A stretch of DNA of 64,000 nucleotides from Rhynchopus sp. YZ270_cl-10 (taxonomy: Eukaryota). Positions 32,547 to 44,067 of this stretch are shown here, one piece after another. The position numbers were made by a program, and so were the translations under genes. The notes under the pieces are model-generated. The model saw only the letters and a program-made list of their open reading frames with translations, did no database searches and was not told the DNA's origin. How positions within the stretch are numbered: the stretch's first letter is position 1; every line of letters begins with the position of its first letter. The DNA lies in contig OZ037835.1 in assembly GCA_964035575.1 (NCBI GenBank), positions 496,001 to 560,000 on the forward strand. Reading direction: 5' to 3'.

Positions 32547-33941
32547 TCACTTGATATGCACACCATTGAGATAACTCACCAGCCACGCCGTCGCTGCAAC
32601 ACACATGGCACCCAAAGCGAGGTTCATCGGAAGGAAGCTGTGGTGGCTGAGTGCTGTGAAGCCGAAGTTTGCCATGGATAGGGCTCCTGCGATGCCGCTC
32701 ATAGCTGAGAAGAAAACGCCGCCTTCAGGACCCCAGACGTCTGGGTGTGAGCATAACGTTGGCATGATGCTAAAGACCATAAACCGTGATGCTGCTACTG
32801 CAACTAACATTCCGTAGTTGACTGCGTATACCTTCACGCAAGAACACACCATCAACATCACCGCAAGCCCGCAGTTGACCAACAACGACACTTTAAACCC
32901 TTTTCCCAACAACCACCCCACCAGTGGAGTGAGCACACCGGTTGCAGGCATGATGATGCTGAAGGCAGTATTCATATCGAGCGCCCTGTCGTCATTGTCG
33001 GTCAACCATTTCGCTTCGCTGGTGATGTTCGTCATATAAAAATATTTGCAAATAAAAAACGCACAAAACCACTGCAACAACGAAAAGAACTTCACAGAGC
33101 ACATCCTGGCAAGCACACCCTGGGTCTCCTCGTCGTCGTCCTCCGTTTTGTTGCGTTCTTTTGCGAGAGCGGCCTCTTCTTTCGCCGAGCGGAGGGGGTA
33201 CAGCAGCCTCCACGATGCGACCGACGCAATCAACGAGATCCCCGCATAACACAAAAACATTGTCCGCAACTTCACTCCAGCCTGCAAATACAACACCCGC
33301 ACCACATAATACCCTATACTCGACGCATCAGCCGAGCCCATTAGAGAACTGCACGCCAACCCCATATACGCTACCGGAAATAGATGCGCGGGAAGCGACA
33401 AAAACGGAAAACAAGCACAAATCCCCAAAGAAGCGACCATCATATACGCAACCAATGCGAGGTCTTGGTAATGCGAACTGCCGAGCCAAGGGGAGGCACC
33501 GTCCGTTGACAGTGCAAGAAGAATATATGCGAAGACCTTAAGAAACAGCGCTGTGGATGTGATGTACCGAGGGGGGAAACGATGCATAAGCGCAGACAGA
33601 GGGAGCGAGGCGACATTGAGGCCGACGTACGCGAGGGTGAACATCAAATCGAGGCGGCGCTGTTGGGCGTGGCAGCAGGACTCCGTTCGTCGATGTGTCG
33701 CATCACACAAAGCAACATCCTCATCACTGCACAACCACTCAAACTGCCCAGAACTATACAATGCCGGAAGAAGTGCCTGGTACCCCATAGCCTCCATCGA
33801 TAAAAACAACGAAAGAACAAGAGCCCCACACCATCGCACAATAGCAGACGTCTCCACGGTGCTCGGTGTAGGGGATGCATGCCCAGGAAGCAGCTGTTCT
33901 GTCTCCTGAGGCTGGGGGTGAGACCCATGCTGAACCTCCAT
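32547..33941 (-). CDS. MFS transporter, SLC43/LAT3/Fmp42-like
   Basis: About 12 hydrophobic segments. The GYQALLPALYSSGQFEWLC...QQRRLDLMFT pattern is typical of this family. Confidence 0.85.
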   Translation of the reverse strand: MEVQHGSHPQPQETEQLLPGHASPTPSTVETSAIVRWCGALVLSLFLSMEAMGYQALLPALYSSGQFEWLCSDEDVALCDATHRRTESCCHAQQRRLDLMFTLAYVGLNVASLPLSALMHRFPPRYITSTALFLKVFAYILLALSTDGASPWLGSSHYQDLALVAYMMVASLGICACFPFLSLPAHLFPVAYMGLACSSLMGSADASSIGYYVVRVLYLQAGVKLRTMFLCYAGISLIASVASWRLLYPLRSAKEEAALAKERNKTEDDDEETQGVLARMCSVKFFSLLQWFCAFFICKYFYMTNITSEAKWLTDNDDRALDMNTAFSIIMPATGVLTPLVGWLLGKGFKVSLLVNCGLAVMLMVCSCVKVYAVNYGMLVAVAASRFMVFSIMPTLCSHPDVWGPEGGVFFSAMSGIAGALSMANFGFTALSHHSFLPMNLALGAMCVAATAWLVSYLNGVHIK

Positions 33942-34110
33942 CTGAGGGGTGGTGTGTGTGGGGGACCTCAGGGATCTCAGGGGAGGGGGTGGTAGAGGGG
34001 GGGCCTATTGAGGGTTGAGGAATGATAGGGGGTTCCTAGCAGAGGGAATTTTGTATGGGAGAGTCTGTCGGAAAAACTATTTTCAGGTGTTGTCAAATTT
34101 TTGGGTTCAC

Positions 34111-35280
34111 AAAAAAAAAAAGAAAAGTTTATAAGATGATCCTAAGCCTCTCGTGCTTAGTCACCTTATCATATTCGTTATCGCACAGCTTCAGCTGCGC
34201 TGGCTTCTACAAGTTTGTTGTCAGGGATGATGTCATTTCCCCAGCCGGAGTTCGTAATTTTGGCACGTACGATGACGTGTTCGAGCATGTGCATAGTGTA
34301 GCGCGGGTACGTAAAAACTGGGCGACGGTCGTAGCCTATAAGTCCGGGTGCGCCAATGGACCGGAGGCCCCGTGAGGAGGAGATGGCGGATGCGGGAAAT
34401 GGGTTTTGGATCCCAAGAGCTTTGCACAGGCGGTGAAGCTTGTTGAGCAATGTGCGCAAGGCAGAGGCCCGTTCTCTAATGTTAGAGGTTGGCCGGAGAA
34501 CGTAGATCCTGTGGAAAATTTCCAAGTCAATGGCAAGTTCCACGCATGTCACAGGCAGGTTGGCGGTGCTCCATTTCAGGGAGGAGGCCCATTGGAGCAT
34601 TCGCTTCAGTTCGTGGCGCTTCTGCTTGCATCTCGGATCATCGTCCTTCCCAAAGAAAGGGGCGAGCTGCCGGTAGATGGCCTCCTGGTATGGGGGCGCA
34701 TCGAACACTTCAAAGTCCATACGCCATGGGTGGCGTGCAGGCGCTGTGGTCGTCCGCGAGGACAGGTGATCATCTACTGCGGTGGTGACGTCCAGCAGGT
34801 ATCTCTGCGTGTCAACGACGACTTGCTTGGGCGTGTTCGTGGGAGCTATGCCATGCATAGCCAGGCAACTCGGGGTGTTCGGGCCGATCCTGTCGAGGAG
34901 AGGGCGGTGCGCTTCCTTCACGTTAGCAGACACAGTGTGCGGGCAAGTCCACAGCAGGTGCTTCGCCAGCCCGGAGGTTGGTGTGAGGCATAAGGGGCAC
35001 TGATTCACTTCGAGGTGTATGCCACCTCTCTTTGTTGACTCGTATAGGCACAGCACCGTAGGGTGCGCGTAGAGTATCCCATCGCAGATGATGCGGCGGA
35101 GGCGGTAAGCTAGCAGGGGGTGGGACCACTGCAATTGGTCGTGCAGGTACGTGGTGTCGGCGAGGTTGACGCCGTGTTGAGCGCCGTCGTAAGTCGGTCT
35201 GTCCAAGGCAAGATCTGTGAACTTCTGTCGTCGGACGATTTCGCGAATGGCGTGGTGTCGTTCACCTGGCGCGAGAAGAC
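34111..35280 (-). mobile_element. 5'-truncated non-LTR retrotransposon (C-terminal part of the ORF, 3' UTR and tail)
   Basis: Zinc-knuckle CPLC-x8-HLLWTCP (zf-RVT type), open frame to the stop at 34178, a short 3' UTR with a stem-loop, then a T-rich tail. No RT domain is present. Confidence 0.75.
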
Positions 35281-36040
35281 CTAGGGCGTAAAAAAGATCG
35301 TAAATTCGAAAATTCGAAAATTCTCCGCGGCAATGCACCCATGCTGTGAGTCAGTCACTGTCAGTGTGACCCCGGGTCGTCTGCAGAGCAAAGCTTGAGA
35401 AGGTAACACGTCACTGGAAATCATGAATGATCGACAACCATGTTCGCTGGGCCTCAGCCACGAACCATCCCTGCAGCGCGTCTGAGCGACCTGGTGTGTT
35501 TCGTGTGGGGTAGGGAGGGGGCTATGGGAAGAATAGAGGAAATGAAAAATTGAAAAGGGTGGGGGTGGTGTGGTATCTTTGTTGGTTGAAGAAGGAACAC
35601 TGACAAAACAGAGAGTACCTGAAAATATTACACAACTTGAAAAGGCTAAAACCGGAACAAATAGAAGAGAATCGCAACAGAAAAGCTTTGGAGAGGATGC
35701 TTGCGTTGGTTGACTCAAGAATACCTAGAAAGGCTGATATTTTAACAGTTACCCTGATGAGCAGGCTGATGACTCAGATGAGAGGGTGTGGTATAAATTG
35801 AGTAAGATATTCTTTTCAATCGAAAGATGGAGTTTTCCACCAGCGTTGTCTCCTCTTTTTTTGTCTTTATTTTTTGTTTTTTTGCAACTGAACAAGGTAT
35901 AAATTGAAAATAAAGACAGCGCAAGAAGAGGCCACACTCTGGGGCACGGGAGACCCACCTGAGCGAGTTGCGCAGCTGAGTGAAGCAGCTGTCACAGCGG
36001 AGCTGCTCTACGTTCCTTGCCGAGCTTCTCCTGTCGCTCT

Positions 36041-37219
36041 TTACGAAACACTGCACCTAGGCAAGGCTGCTTGCGTCTTGCCTCTGCCACGTGTCGGAGG
36101 TGCGTCAACCACACACTTCTTCAGCTCGCCTTCACGCACTCGACTGGACACAGCACTGCTGCAGCCGGCAAGGTGGATGATCCTCAACGAAGTGTAGTTG
36201 CCATCAGGTACATCACCCATGTGCGTAACATTGCGGAGTGGTGATAGGTCTAGTTCTGTGAGGCTGCTGCAATCGGAAAGAAAATATTTTCCAATGTGTG
36301 TAACATTGCTGAGTGGTGATAAGTCCACTGCTGTGAGGCTTCCGCAGTGGTAAAGAAAGTGTGTACTAATGTGTGCAACATTGCTGAGTGGTGATAAGTC
36401 CACTGATGTGAGTCTGCTGCAGCCGGCAAGAAAGCATTTACTAATGCGTGTAACATTGCGAAGTGGTGATAAGTCCACTGATGTGAGGCTGCCGCAGTGG
36501 TAAAGAAAGTTTGGACTAATGTGAGTAACATTGCGAAGTGGTGATAAGTCCACTGCTGTGAGTCTCCTGCAGTAATGAAGAAAGCTTGCACCAACGTCTG
36601 TAACATTGCGAAGTGGTGATAAGTCCACTACTTTTAGGCTGCTGCAGCAGGCAAGAAACCGGTCATCAATGCGAGTAACATTGCGAAGTGGAGATAAGTC
36701 CACTGCTGTGAGGCTGCTGCAGCCGGCAAGAAAGCTGGTACCTATCCGTGTGAGACGTGCCAACCCAGACAGGTCGATGCTTATCAACGATGTGCACCCG
36801 TGAAGAAAATCGTCGGCAATTTCCGTCACACAGGACACAGCACTCAGATCAAGTCTCGTTATGGATGAACGCGACAAGAATCCTTTCGGAATGACAGTCG
36901 CAACCTCCGCCTGCAGAAGCAAACACGCCACCTCAGCAGCCTCCACAGTATCCAGCCTCTCTGCTGTGATGTCCTCACCCAACGCATAAAGTGCTGCTCT
37001 GGCCTCGAACTTCATAGTTTTCGTCAGGATGATTGTGTCTCCAGCACTCAGCTGCGTGATGTCGTCTCCTTCGTCCTTCCCTCCGAAGCCCATGTGGAAG
37101 CTGTCCTCAGCCAACCCCACTGCAGACGCCACCTTCTGCCGCATCGTCTCCGTTGTGTCATCCACACCCACCTCCATCACATACGAGTTGTCTGCGAAGT
37201 CCTTGATAACTACTTCCAT
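36041..37219 (-). CDS. Ubiquitin-like domain + BspA/TpLRR-like leucine-rich repeat protein, copy 1 (8 full repeats + cap)
   Basis: MEVVIKDFADNSYVMEVGVDDTTETMRQKV... has a UBL pattern. 25-aa repeats of the form SLTAVDLSPLRNVTxIxxxFLxxCS. Confidence 0.9.
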   Translation of the reverse strand: MEVVIKDFADNSYVMEVGVDDTTETMRQKVASAVGLAEDSFHMGFGGKDEGDDITQLSAGDTIILTKTMKFEARAALYALGEDITAERLDTVEAAEVACLLLQAEVATVIPKGFLSRSSITRLDLSAVSCVTEIADDFLHGCTSLISIDLSGLARLTRIGTSFLAGCSSLTAVDLSPLRNVTRIDDRFLACCSSLKVVDLSPLRNVTDVGASFLHYCRRLTAVDLSPLRNVTHISPNFLYHCGSLTSVDLSPLRNVTRISKCFLAGCSRLTSVDLSPLSNVAHISTHFLYHCGSLTAVDLSPLSNVTHIGKYFLSDCSSLTELDLSPLRNVTHMGDVPDGNYTSLRIIHLAGCSSAVSSRVREGELKKCVVDAPPTRGRGKTQAALPRCSVS

Positions 37220-38225
37220 TGTGTCTTCTATTCTTTGTGTTGCTCTGTTGTGTTGTGGGGTTGTGGGAGTTGGGGCTGAAGGGGGTGAACATGGTGAAAG
37301 AATGCCATTTATAGTTAGTTGGAGGTTATCCCTGTTGAAAACCACATTGTTTTGTTCTTCCTTTTTGCTTCCAACATTTTTATTCATTTGCTTTTCTTGT
37401 TCGTGAGGGCAAAGAACCACCTGTGTGCTGCCCCTTTTCACCCACAAACCGCCTCATAAAAACGTTTTGGGGGTGGTTCTGGGCACCTTCCGGCACATTT
37501 GCGACCTAAAAGCGGAAATACGGTCTGGGGGATTGACATCGACTCAAATGCTAAACACACCAAACCGCACTCCCTTTGGCAGATTCTACAAAATTGTTGG
37601 AGCTTTTTATGAAACAAAAACACGTCTTTTGCCCCCACCCCACCCCGCTCATCCCACCCCTCTCACAACGGTAAGTACTACGGTGTCAATAGCTATCTTC
37701 ACCCACACAGGAAAACGGGAAACGAAACAGGGAGGGTTAGTTGTACGCTTCCACCCAGTAAAACCACAGTCAATTCACTCCGTCGTGCACCTCGTGTTAC
37801 CCCTTTGCTGTGGGGTTGGACACTACATACAGCCCGTAGACCTGTCTGTGGTCTGTGTGCACCATGGTGTCGTAATAATCAAGCCTCGTTGTATTAGTGT
37901 GGATGTCGTTCCGACACGAAATGGATCACACGTGTACTGGAGAAGGCGGAGCTGCGCAGTATCTTGAGCGAACGCACGTGCACTCCGAGATCGTTTTACA
38001 CGTTTGCACGGTGTTTGGTTCGCTGGTATGGCAGAGTTACACAACAATAAACTGTGTTTTCTGAGTGCCTCACTGACTCTCATTCAGACACTGTCTTCTA
38101 AGACTCACAGCCTGGTCAGATGCCTCCTCGACCAAATGGGCGGCGATATTCGAAGGCACACCTGAGCGAGTTGTTTAGATGAGTGAAGCAGCTGACGTTC
38201 CTTGCCTAGCTTCTTCTGTCGCTCT

Positions 38226-39824
38226 TTACGAAACACTGCAGCAAGGCAAGGCTGTCTGGCGTACATACTCCTTCAGCTCGCCTTCACGCACTCGACTGGA
38301 CACAGCACTGCTGCAGCCGGCAAGGTGGATGCTCCTCAACGAAGTGTAGTTGCCAGCAGGTACATCACCCATGTGCGTAACATTGCGGAGTGGTGATAGG
38401 TCTAGTTCTGTGAGGCTGCTGCAGTTGGTAAGAAAATATTTGCCAATGTGTGTAACATTGTTAAGTGGTGATAAGTCCACTGCTGTGAGGCTGCTGCAAC
38501 GGTCAAGAAAGTGTGTACTAATGTGTGCAACATTGCGGAGTGGTGATAAGTCCACTGTTGTGAGGCTGCTGCAGTTGGAAAGAAAGCCCCCGCTGATGTG
38601 TGTAACATTGCTGAGTGGAGATAAGTCCACTGCTGTGAGGCTGCTGCAACCATCAAGAAGGCTTGTAGTCATGTGTGTAACCTTGCGAAGTGGTGATAAA
38701 TCTACTGCTGTGAGATTGGTGCAGTTGTAAAGCAAGTTTGGGGTAATGTGAGTAACGTTGCGAAGTGGTGATAAGTCTGCTGATGTGAGGCTGCTGCAGT
38801 CGGCAAGAAAACAGTCACTAATATATGTAACATTGCTGAGTGGTGATAATTCCACTGATGTGAGGCTGCTGCAGTTTGCAAGAAAGCCCCCGCTGATGTG
38901 TGTAACATTGCTGAGTGGAGATAAGTCCACTGCTGTGAGGCTGCTGCAGTTGTAAAGAAAGTTTGTACTAATGCGAGTAACATTGCTGAGTGATGATAAG
39001 TCTGCTGATGTGAGGCTGCTGCAGTTTGCAAGAAAGCTCCCGCTAATGTGTGTAACATTGCTGAGTGGTGATAAGTCCACTGATGTGAGGCTGCCGCAGT
39101 GGTAAAGAAAGTTTGGACTAATGTGAGTAACATTGCGAAGTGGTGATAAGTCCACTGCTGTGAGTCTCCTGCAGTAATGAAGAAAGCTTGTACCAACGTC
39201 TGTAACATTGCGGAGCGGTGATAAGTCTATCTCTATGAGGCTTCTGCACTGCGCAAGAAAATGGTCATCAATGCGAGTAACATTGCGAAGTGGTGATAAG
39301 TCCACTGTTGTGAGGCTGCTGCAGTCGGCAAGAAAGCTGGCACCCACCCGCGTGAGACGTGTCAACCCAGACAGGTCGATGCTTGTCAACGATGTGCACT
39401 GGTGAAGAAAATCGTCGGCAATTTCCGTCACACACGACACATCACTCAGATCAAGTCTCGTTATCGATGAACGCGACAAGAATCGTTTCGGAATGACAGT
39501 CGCAACCTCCGCCTGCAGAAGCAAACACGCAACCTCAGGATTCTCCACAGTCGCCAGCCTCTCTGCTCTGATGTCCCTCACACCCAACGCATGAAGTGCT
39601 GCTCTGGCCTCGAACTTCTTAGTTTTCGTCAGGATGATTTTGTCTCCAGCACTCAGCTGCGTGATGTCGTCTCCTTCCTCCTTCCCTCCGAAGCCCATGT
39701 GGAAGCTCTTTTTAGCCAACCCCACTGCAGACGCCACCTTCTGCCGCATCGTCTCCGTTGTGTCATCCACACCCACCTCCATCACATATGAGTTGTCCGC
39801 GAAGTCCTTGATAACTACTTCCAT
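38226..39824 (-). CDS. UBL-LRR protein, copy 2 (14 full repeats + cap)
   Basis: Same N-terminus and 75-bp repeat unit as copy 1. Confidence 0.92.
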   Translation of the reverse strand: MEVVIKDFADNSYVMEVGVDDTTETMRQKVASAVGLAKKSFHMGFGGKEEGDDITQLSAGDKIILTKTKKFEARAALHALGVRDIRAERLATVENPEVACLLLQAEVATVIPKRFLSRSSITRLDLSDVSCVTEIADDFLHQCTSLTSIDLSGLTRLTRVGASFLADCSSLTTVDLSPLRNVTRIDDHFLAQCRSLIEIDLSPLRNVTDVGTSFLHYCRRLTAVDLSPLRNVTHISPNFLYHCGSLTSVDLSPLSNVTHISGSFLANCSSLTSADLSSLSNVTRISTNFLYNCSSLTAVDLSPLSNVTHISGGFLANCSSLTSVELSPLSNVTYISDCFLADCSSLTSADLSPLRNVTHITPNLLYNCTNLTAVDLSPLRKVTHMTTSLLDGCSSLTAVDLSPLSNVTHISGGFLSNCSSLTTVDLSPLRNVAHISTHFLDRCSSLTAVDLSPLNNVTHIGKYFLTNCSSLTELDLSPLRNVTHMGDVPAGNYTSLRSIHLAGCSSAVSSRVREGELKEYVRQTALPCCSVS

Positions 39825-40226
39825 TTTGTCTTCTATTCTTTGTGTTGCTCTGTTGTGTGGTGGGGTTGTGGGAGTTGTGGGAAGGTAGTAGTTGTGTTAT
39901 TGTGAGGCACCTTGAGGTCAGCGAGGGTAGCGTGCCAGGGTCACGTCTGATATCGAACGGTGAGGAGTCTGAGGTGATGACAGCCCCGCCGGACAGCAGC
40001 GAGGTACTTATAGAGAATGCTTGGGTGTGTTGACCTCGTGAGGGTGTGTGCACACTGTGGAAGCAAGGATACGTGCCTTCAGGAAGCTCCCAACCGTCTC
40101 GTCGGTCGTGTGGCGAGGTAATTGGATGGAGGTCATTGCATCGCGCTTCGATGCACAGCAAGAGAGAAAAAAGTGCTTGTGGTAAAAATGGGAATGCTTG
40201 TGTGGTGGGAAGGGGGTGGGTGGGGG

Positions 40227-40751
<525 letters not shown>

Positions 40752-40959
40752 GGTGGGGGGTGGTAAGAATCGTTGCAGTTTTTTTTTTCCTTTAAAAAAA
40801 AAAACGCTCTCTTTTTTTAAAATTTGTTTTTTTTTGTTGAGACACACCAAAGATGTCGGTTCTGTGGAATCACTGAACCACCCATATCCTGTATCACATC
40901 GTTGATTTCTTCTTTCACTGCGTTGACTGAAGGAGAGTTCGCGAAACATTGCCACCAGT

Positions 40960-41206
40960 GGGGTGATCAGAGGTACTTTTTTGCAGCTCGAGTCACAAAG
41001 AATCATAAAAAATCACAAAATCTGGAATGCGAATCACAAAAAATCACAAAAAATCACAAAAAATCACGTACGCTCACCAAAAACCCAAACAAAATCATAA
41101 TTCCGTTTTTCTAAGCATTTGTAAGCATTTGTAACCGTTTGTAACCGTTGTGATTTTTTGTGATTTTTCTTGACTCGAGCTGCAAAAAAGTACCTCTGAT
41201 CACCCC
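40960..41206. mobile_element. PIF/Harbinger-like MITE
   Basis: 36-bp perfect TIR GGGGTGATCAGAGGTACTTTTTTGCAGCTCGAGTCA, 3-bp flanking repeat AGT, and internal AAATCACAA repeats. Confidence 0.8.
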
Positions 41207-41286
41207 AGTCACCAGGATTAAAAAAATGAAAAGCAGAAAGTTTTAAAAGGAGAAAAACAGCAAAAAAAAACGTTGTGTGAAAAAGC

Positions 41287-41419
41287 TTTTTTTTTTTTTG
41301 AAAACTTGGTTGTATTAGTGTAGCCACCCTAGAGTGTGCTCCACTATGTATTATTACTATTTTTTTTTTTGAAAACTTGGTTGTATTAGTGTAGACACCC
41401 GAGGATGAACTCCACTATA
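41287..41419 (-). mobile_element. Two tandem ~50-nt retroposon 3' ends with poly(A) (further copies at 23297-23359 and 29862-29919)
   Basis: T-run followed by GAAAACTTGGTTGTATTAGTGTAG...CTCCACTAT, the reverse complement of 12120-12175. Confidence 0.75.
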
Positions 41420-41608
41420 ATTTTTTTTTTTTGAACAAAAAAATTTAAAAAAAAATGAGTTTTATTTTTTTTATACACAAAATGCTAATTTCTACATCCA
41501 AGGAGAGAGCGCAAAAGGCACACGCAATGCAGGTTTCTCACAAGATGGAACGCTGATGGGATAAAAAAAAAAAATGGAAGTTTTATTTTTTCTTTTTTTT
41601 TGAAAATA

Positions 41609-42466
41609 TCATTGACGAAAGTTCTCCGCGATTGCAGAGAAGTCTTCGTCTTGGCGAGCAGACTTCGCGTACTCCGCCTCAGCTGCGGCAGCGACGGGCA
41701 TGAGCGACGAAACATCCTCACTGAGACCAAGCGCAAACCTCATATCCTTGTGCGCATGCTTCAGCGGGAACGCAGGCGGGTAGCTCTGTGCCGCGATGTT
41801 CTTCGTCTTCATCGTAAACATCGGGCACGCCATCGCGCCTTCGCCAATAACCTCCATCAGGTCGGTTGCCGCAAACCCGCACTTCTCGATGACACCGACA
41901 CCCTCTGCCGCCGCAGCCATCATGGTCCCCATTGTCGCATTCACAACCAACTTCATCTTGGTCCCCTTCCCTGCCTCCTCCCCATAGTATTTGGTGCTCT
42001 TCCCCATCAGTTTGAAGTGCGGCTCGCATTGCACCTTCAGAGATGCATCTCCGGAGGCGAGGAAGATAAGGGTTCCATCTTCAGCAGGCTTCTTCGATCC
42101 AGAGACAGGAGCTTCGAGGAAACGGCCCCCGGCGGAGGTGATGGCGGCGTGCGAAAGACGCATCGTCTCTGGGGTGAGCGTCGCGCAGTCGACAATCGCC
42201 TTGCCAGAGGAGACCCCCTGGAGCGCCAAGGGTGAAACAGCTTCATGAGCCTCGAGGTTCGACAGCATCGAGTACGTGACATCCGCAGCACGCACGACGT
42301 CAGCAGGAGTCTCCGCCACCGTCACCAACTCTCCGTACGCAGCCTTCAGCTGCGCGCTCTTCTCCACAGAGCGGTTCCATACGGTAAGCGCAACGCCACC
42401 CTTGAGCAGGTTCTCGGCCATGGGGTAACCCATGATGCCGAGGCCGATGAACCCGTAGGAAGGCAT
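41609..42466 (-). CDS. GLYR: Glyoxylate/succinic semialdehyde reductase (beta-hydroxyacid dehydrogenase family)
   Basis: GFIGLGIMG Rossmann motif, FLEAPVSGSKKPAEDG, catalytic MKLVVN and AFPLKHAHKDM. ATG at 42466. Confidence 0.9.
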   Translation of the reverse strand: MPSYGFIGLGIMGYPMAENLLKGGVALTVWNRSVEKSAQLKAAYGELVTVAETPADVVRAADVTYSMLSNLEAHEAVSPLALQGVSSGKAIVDCATLTPETMRLSHAAITSAGGRFLEAPVSGSKKPAEDGTLIFLASGDASLKVQCEPHFKLMGKSTKYYGEEAGKGTKMKLVVNATMGTMMAAAAEGVGVIEKCGFAATDLMEVIGEGAMACPMFTMKTKNIAAQSYPPAFPLKHAHKDMRFALGLSEDVSSLMPVAAAAEAEYAKSARQDEDFSAIAENFRQ

Positions 42467-44067
42467 TGTGAAGGTGGGGTGTGTTGTCTGGGGGTGGCGG
42501 AGGGGAGGAGATGTAAGGTATAGTGGTAACTTGATTATTTCCTTTTCAAAAAAAAAACTGTAGTGATGCAGGCACCTCCGACTGACCCACGTACGATACC
42601 AGACATCCGTACGAAAGCACAAATACCCCGTGGTCTGTAACAGTAGATGTAAGAAGGAAACCTAATGACGTACTGTAAGTAATCGGTGCACAACAGCTCG
42701 TCAGACGGCGGCCCATCTGCCGCTGTAGAGTTGTGACATAGCTTACAGGTACTCCCGTTCGCTTCAACCCTACTCCTAGTGAACGATAGTTGAGACAGCA
42801 GAGCAGAAACCCAAAAAAAAAAACACAAATGAAAAGATATTGTGTACGAAAAATGAAATCCCCCCCCTCTTTCGTTGTTTGTTGTTTGTTGATCGCATCC
42901 ATCCTTTTTTTCAAACCCCAAAAGTCCCGCAAAAACCCCGAAAACCCCACGTCCTGAAGTACGGTGGAGAGGTGGAGCACAAAAAGGGGGGGAAGGGGAA
43001 AACAGTAAGACTCATGGCAACCGACGAGCTCGTATTTCATTTCCAGACGTATTGCATACCAGTGCTATTTCTAAATATGGGGTCGGGGGGTCCAAAATCC
43101 AATCCGGGACACAATTTTTTTGGCAGATTTATTTTGTGCCAAAAACATCCTTATTTGCATTTTTGGGATTCACCCGTGCAGTGGTGGGGTCAATCTCGAA
43201 AATTGGAGAATTTTTTGACCACTTAAATTTTTTGAAAATATGAGCCCGGTTGCTTATACGTGGGGCCCATTTTCGGCCAAAAAATGCTGCTCAAAAAAAA
43301 ATTTCCCCTGAAACTTTTTCAGCCCCAAAACATACTGCGATTGGCATTTCCGGAATCTGTCCGCACTGTGGTGGGGTCAATTTGCAGAAATGGCCAAGTT
43401 CTTGGTTTTGGTCAAAATGATTGTAAGGTAAAGGGGCCAAGGTAAATCCCACAACCCAGATTTTCTCTCCCAGATGCTGAAACCATGAAAATGCGCGAAA
43501 ACACCGGCATTTGCATTTCCGGAATCCGTCCGTTCTGTGGTGGGGTCAATTTGCAGAATTGGGCAAGTTCTTGGTTTTTGTTAAAATGAGTACGGTGCCA
43601 GTGTGATGTTAGTGTAGAGAACAAGTTTTCTAAGAAACCCCATCATAGCACCTCCGGCATGCGGCCTGGTGCGCCCTCTCTGTTTTTTCAGAAAATATCA
43701 AAAACCCCGTGTCTTGCACAATCTGGAAGAAAACTTTCCAACACAAAAAAAATCGGCAACTTTCTTCAAGTAGAAAGCCCATCACCCCTCTCTTGGTAAG
43801 TACTGTAGTACGTGCAATTTTTTTGGCAGCCCTGTATATAAGCCCCGTGCAAATTTTTTGGCAACTTTCATTTTCCAAAAATCAGGGACAGGGACAGGTT
43901 TTTAGAAATAGCCCTGTTGCATACTCGTACAAAAAAAAAAAAATTCTGCCGAGTGTTTTTTGTTAGTGGAGATATGTCGGTACAATGGCGCACTATGCGA
44001 ACACACCCACCTTTTCTAACTGCGGAGTCTTGCTGTCTGGAGGCGCTGCTCTGGGGATTCGTTTCTG

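Noticed and set aside
35752..35790. CTGATGAG hammerhead core (also CTGATGA at 27591)
   Set aside because: No stem II and GAAA in the required arrangement.
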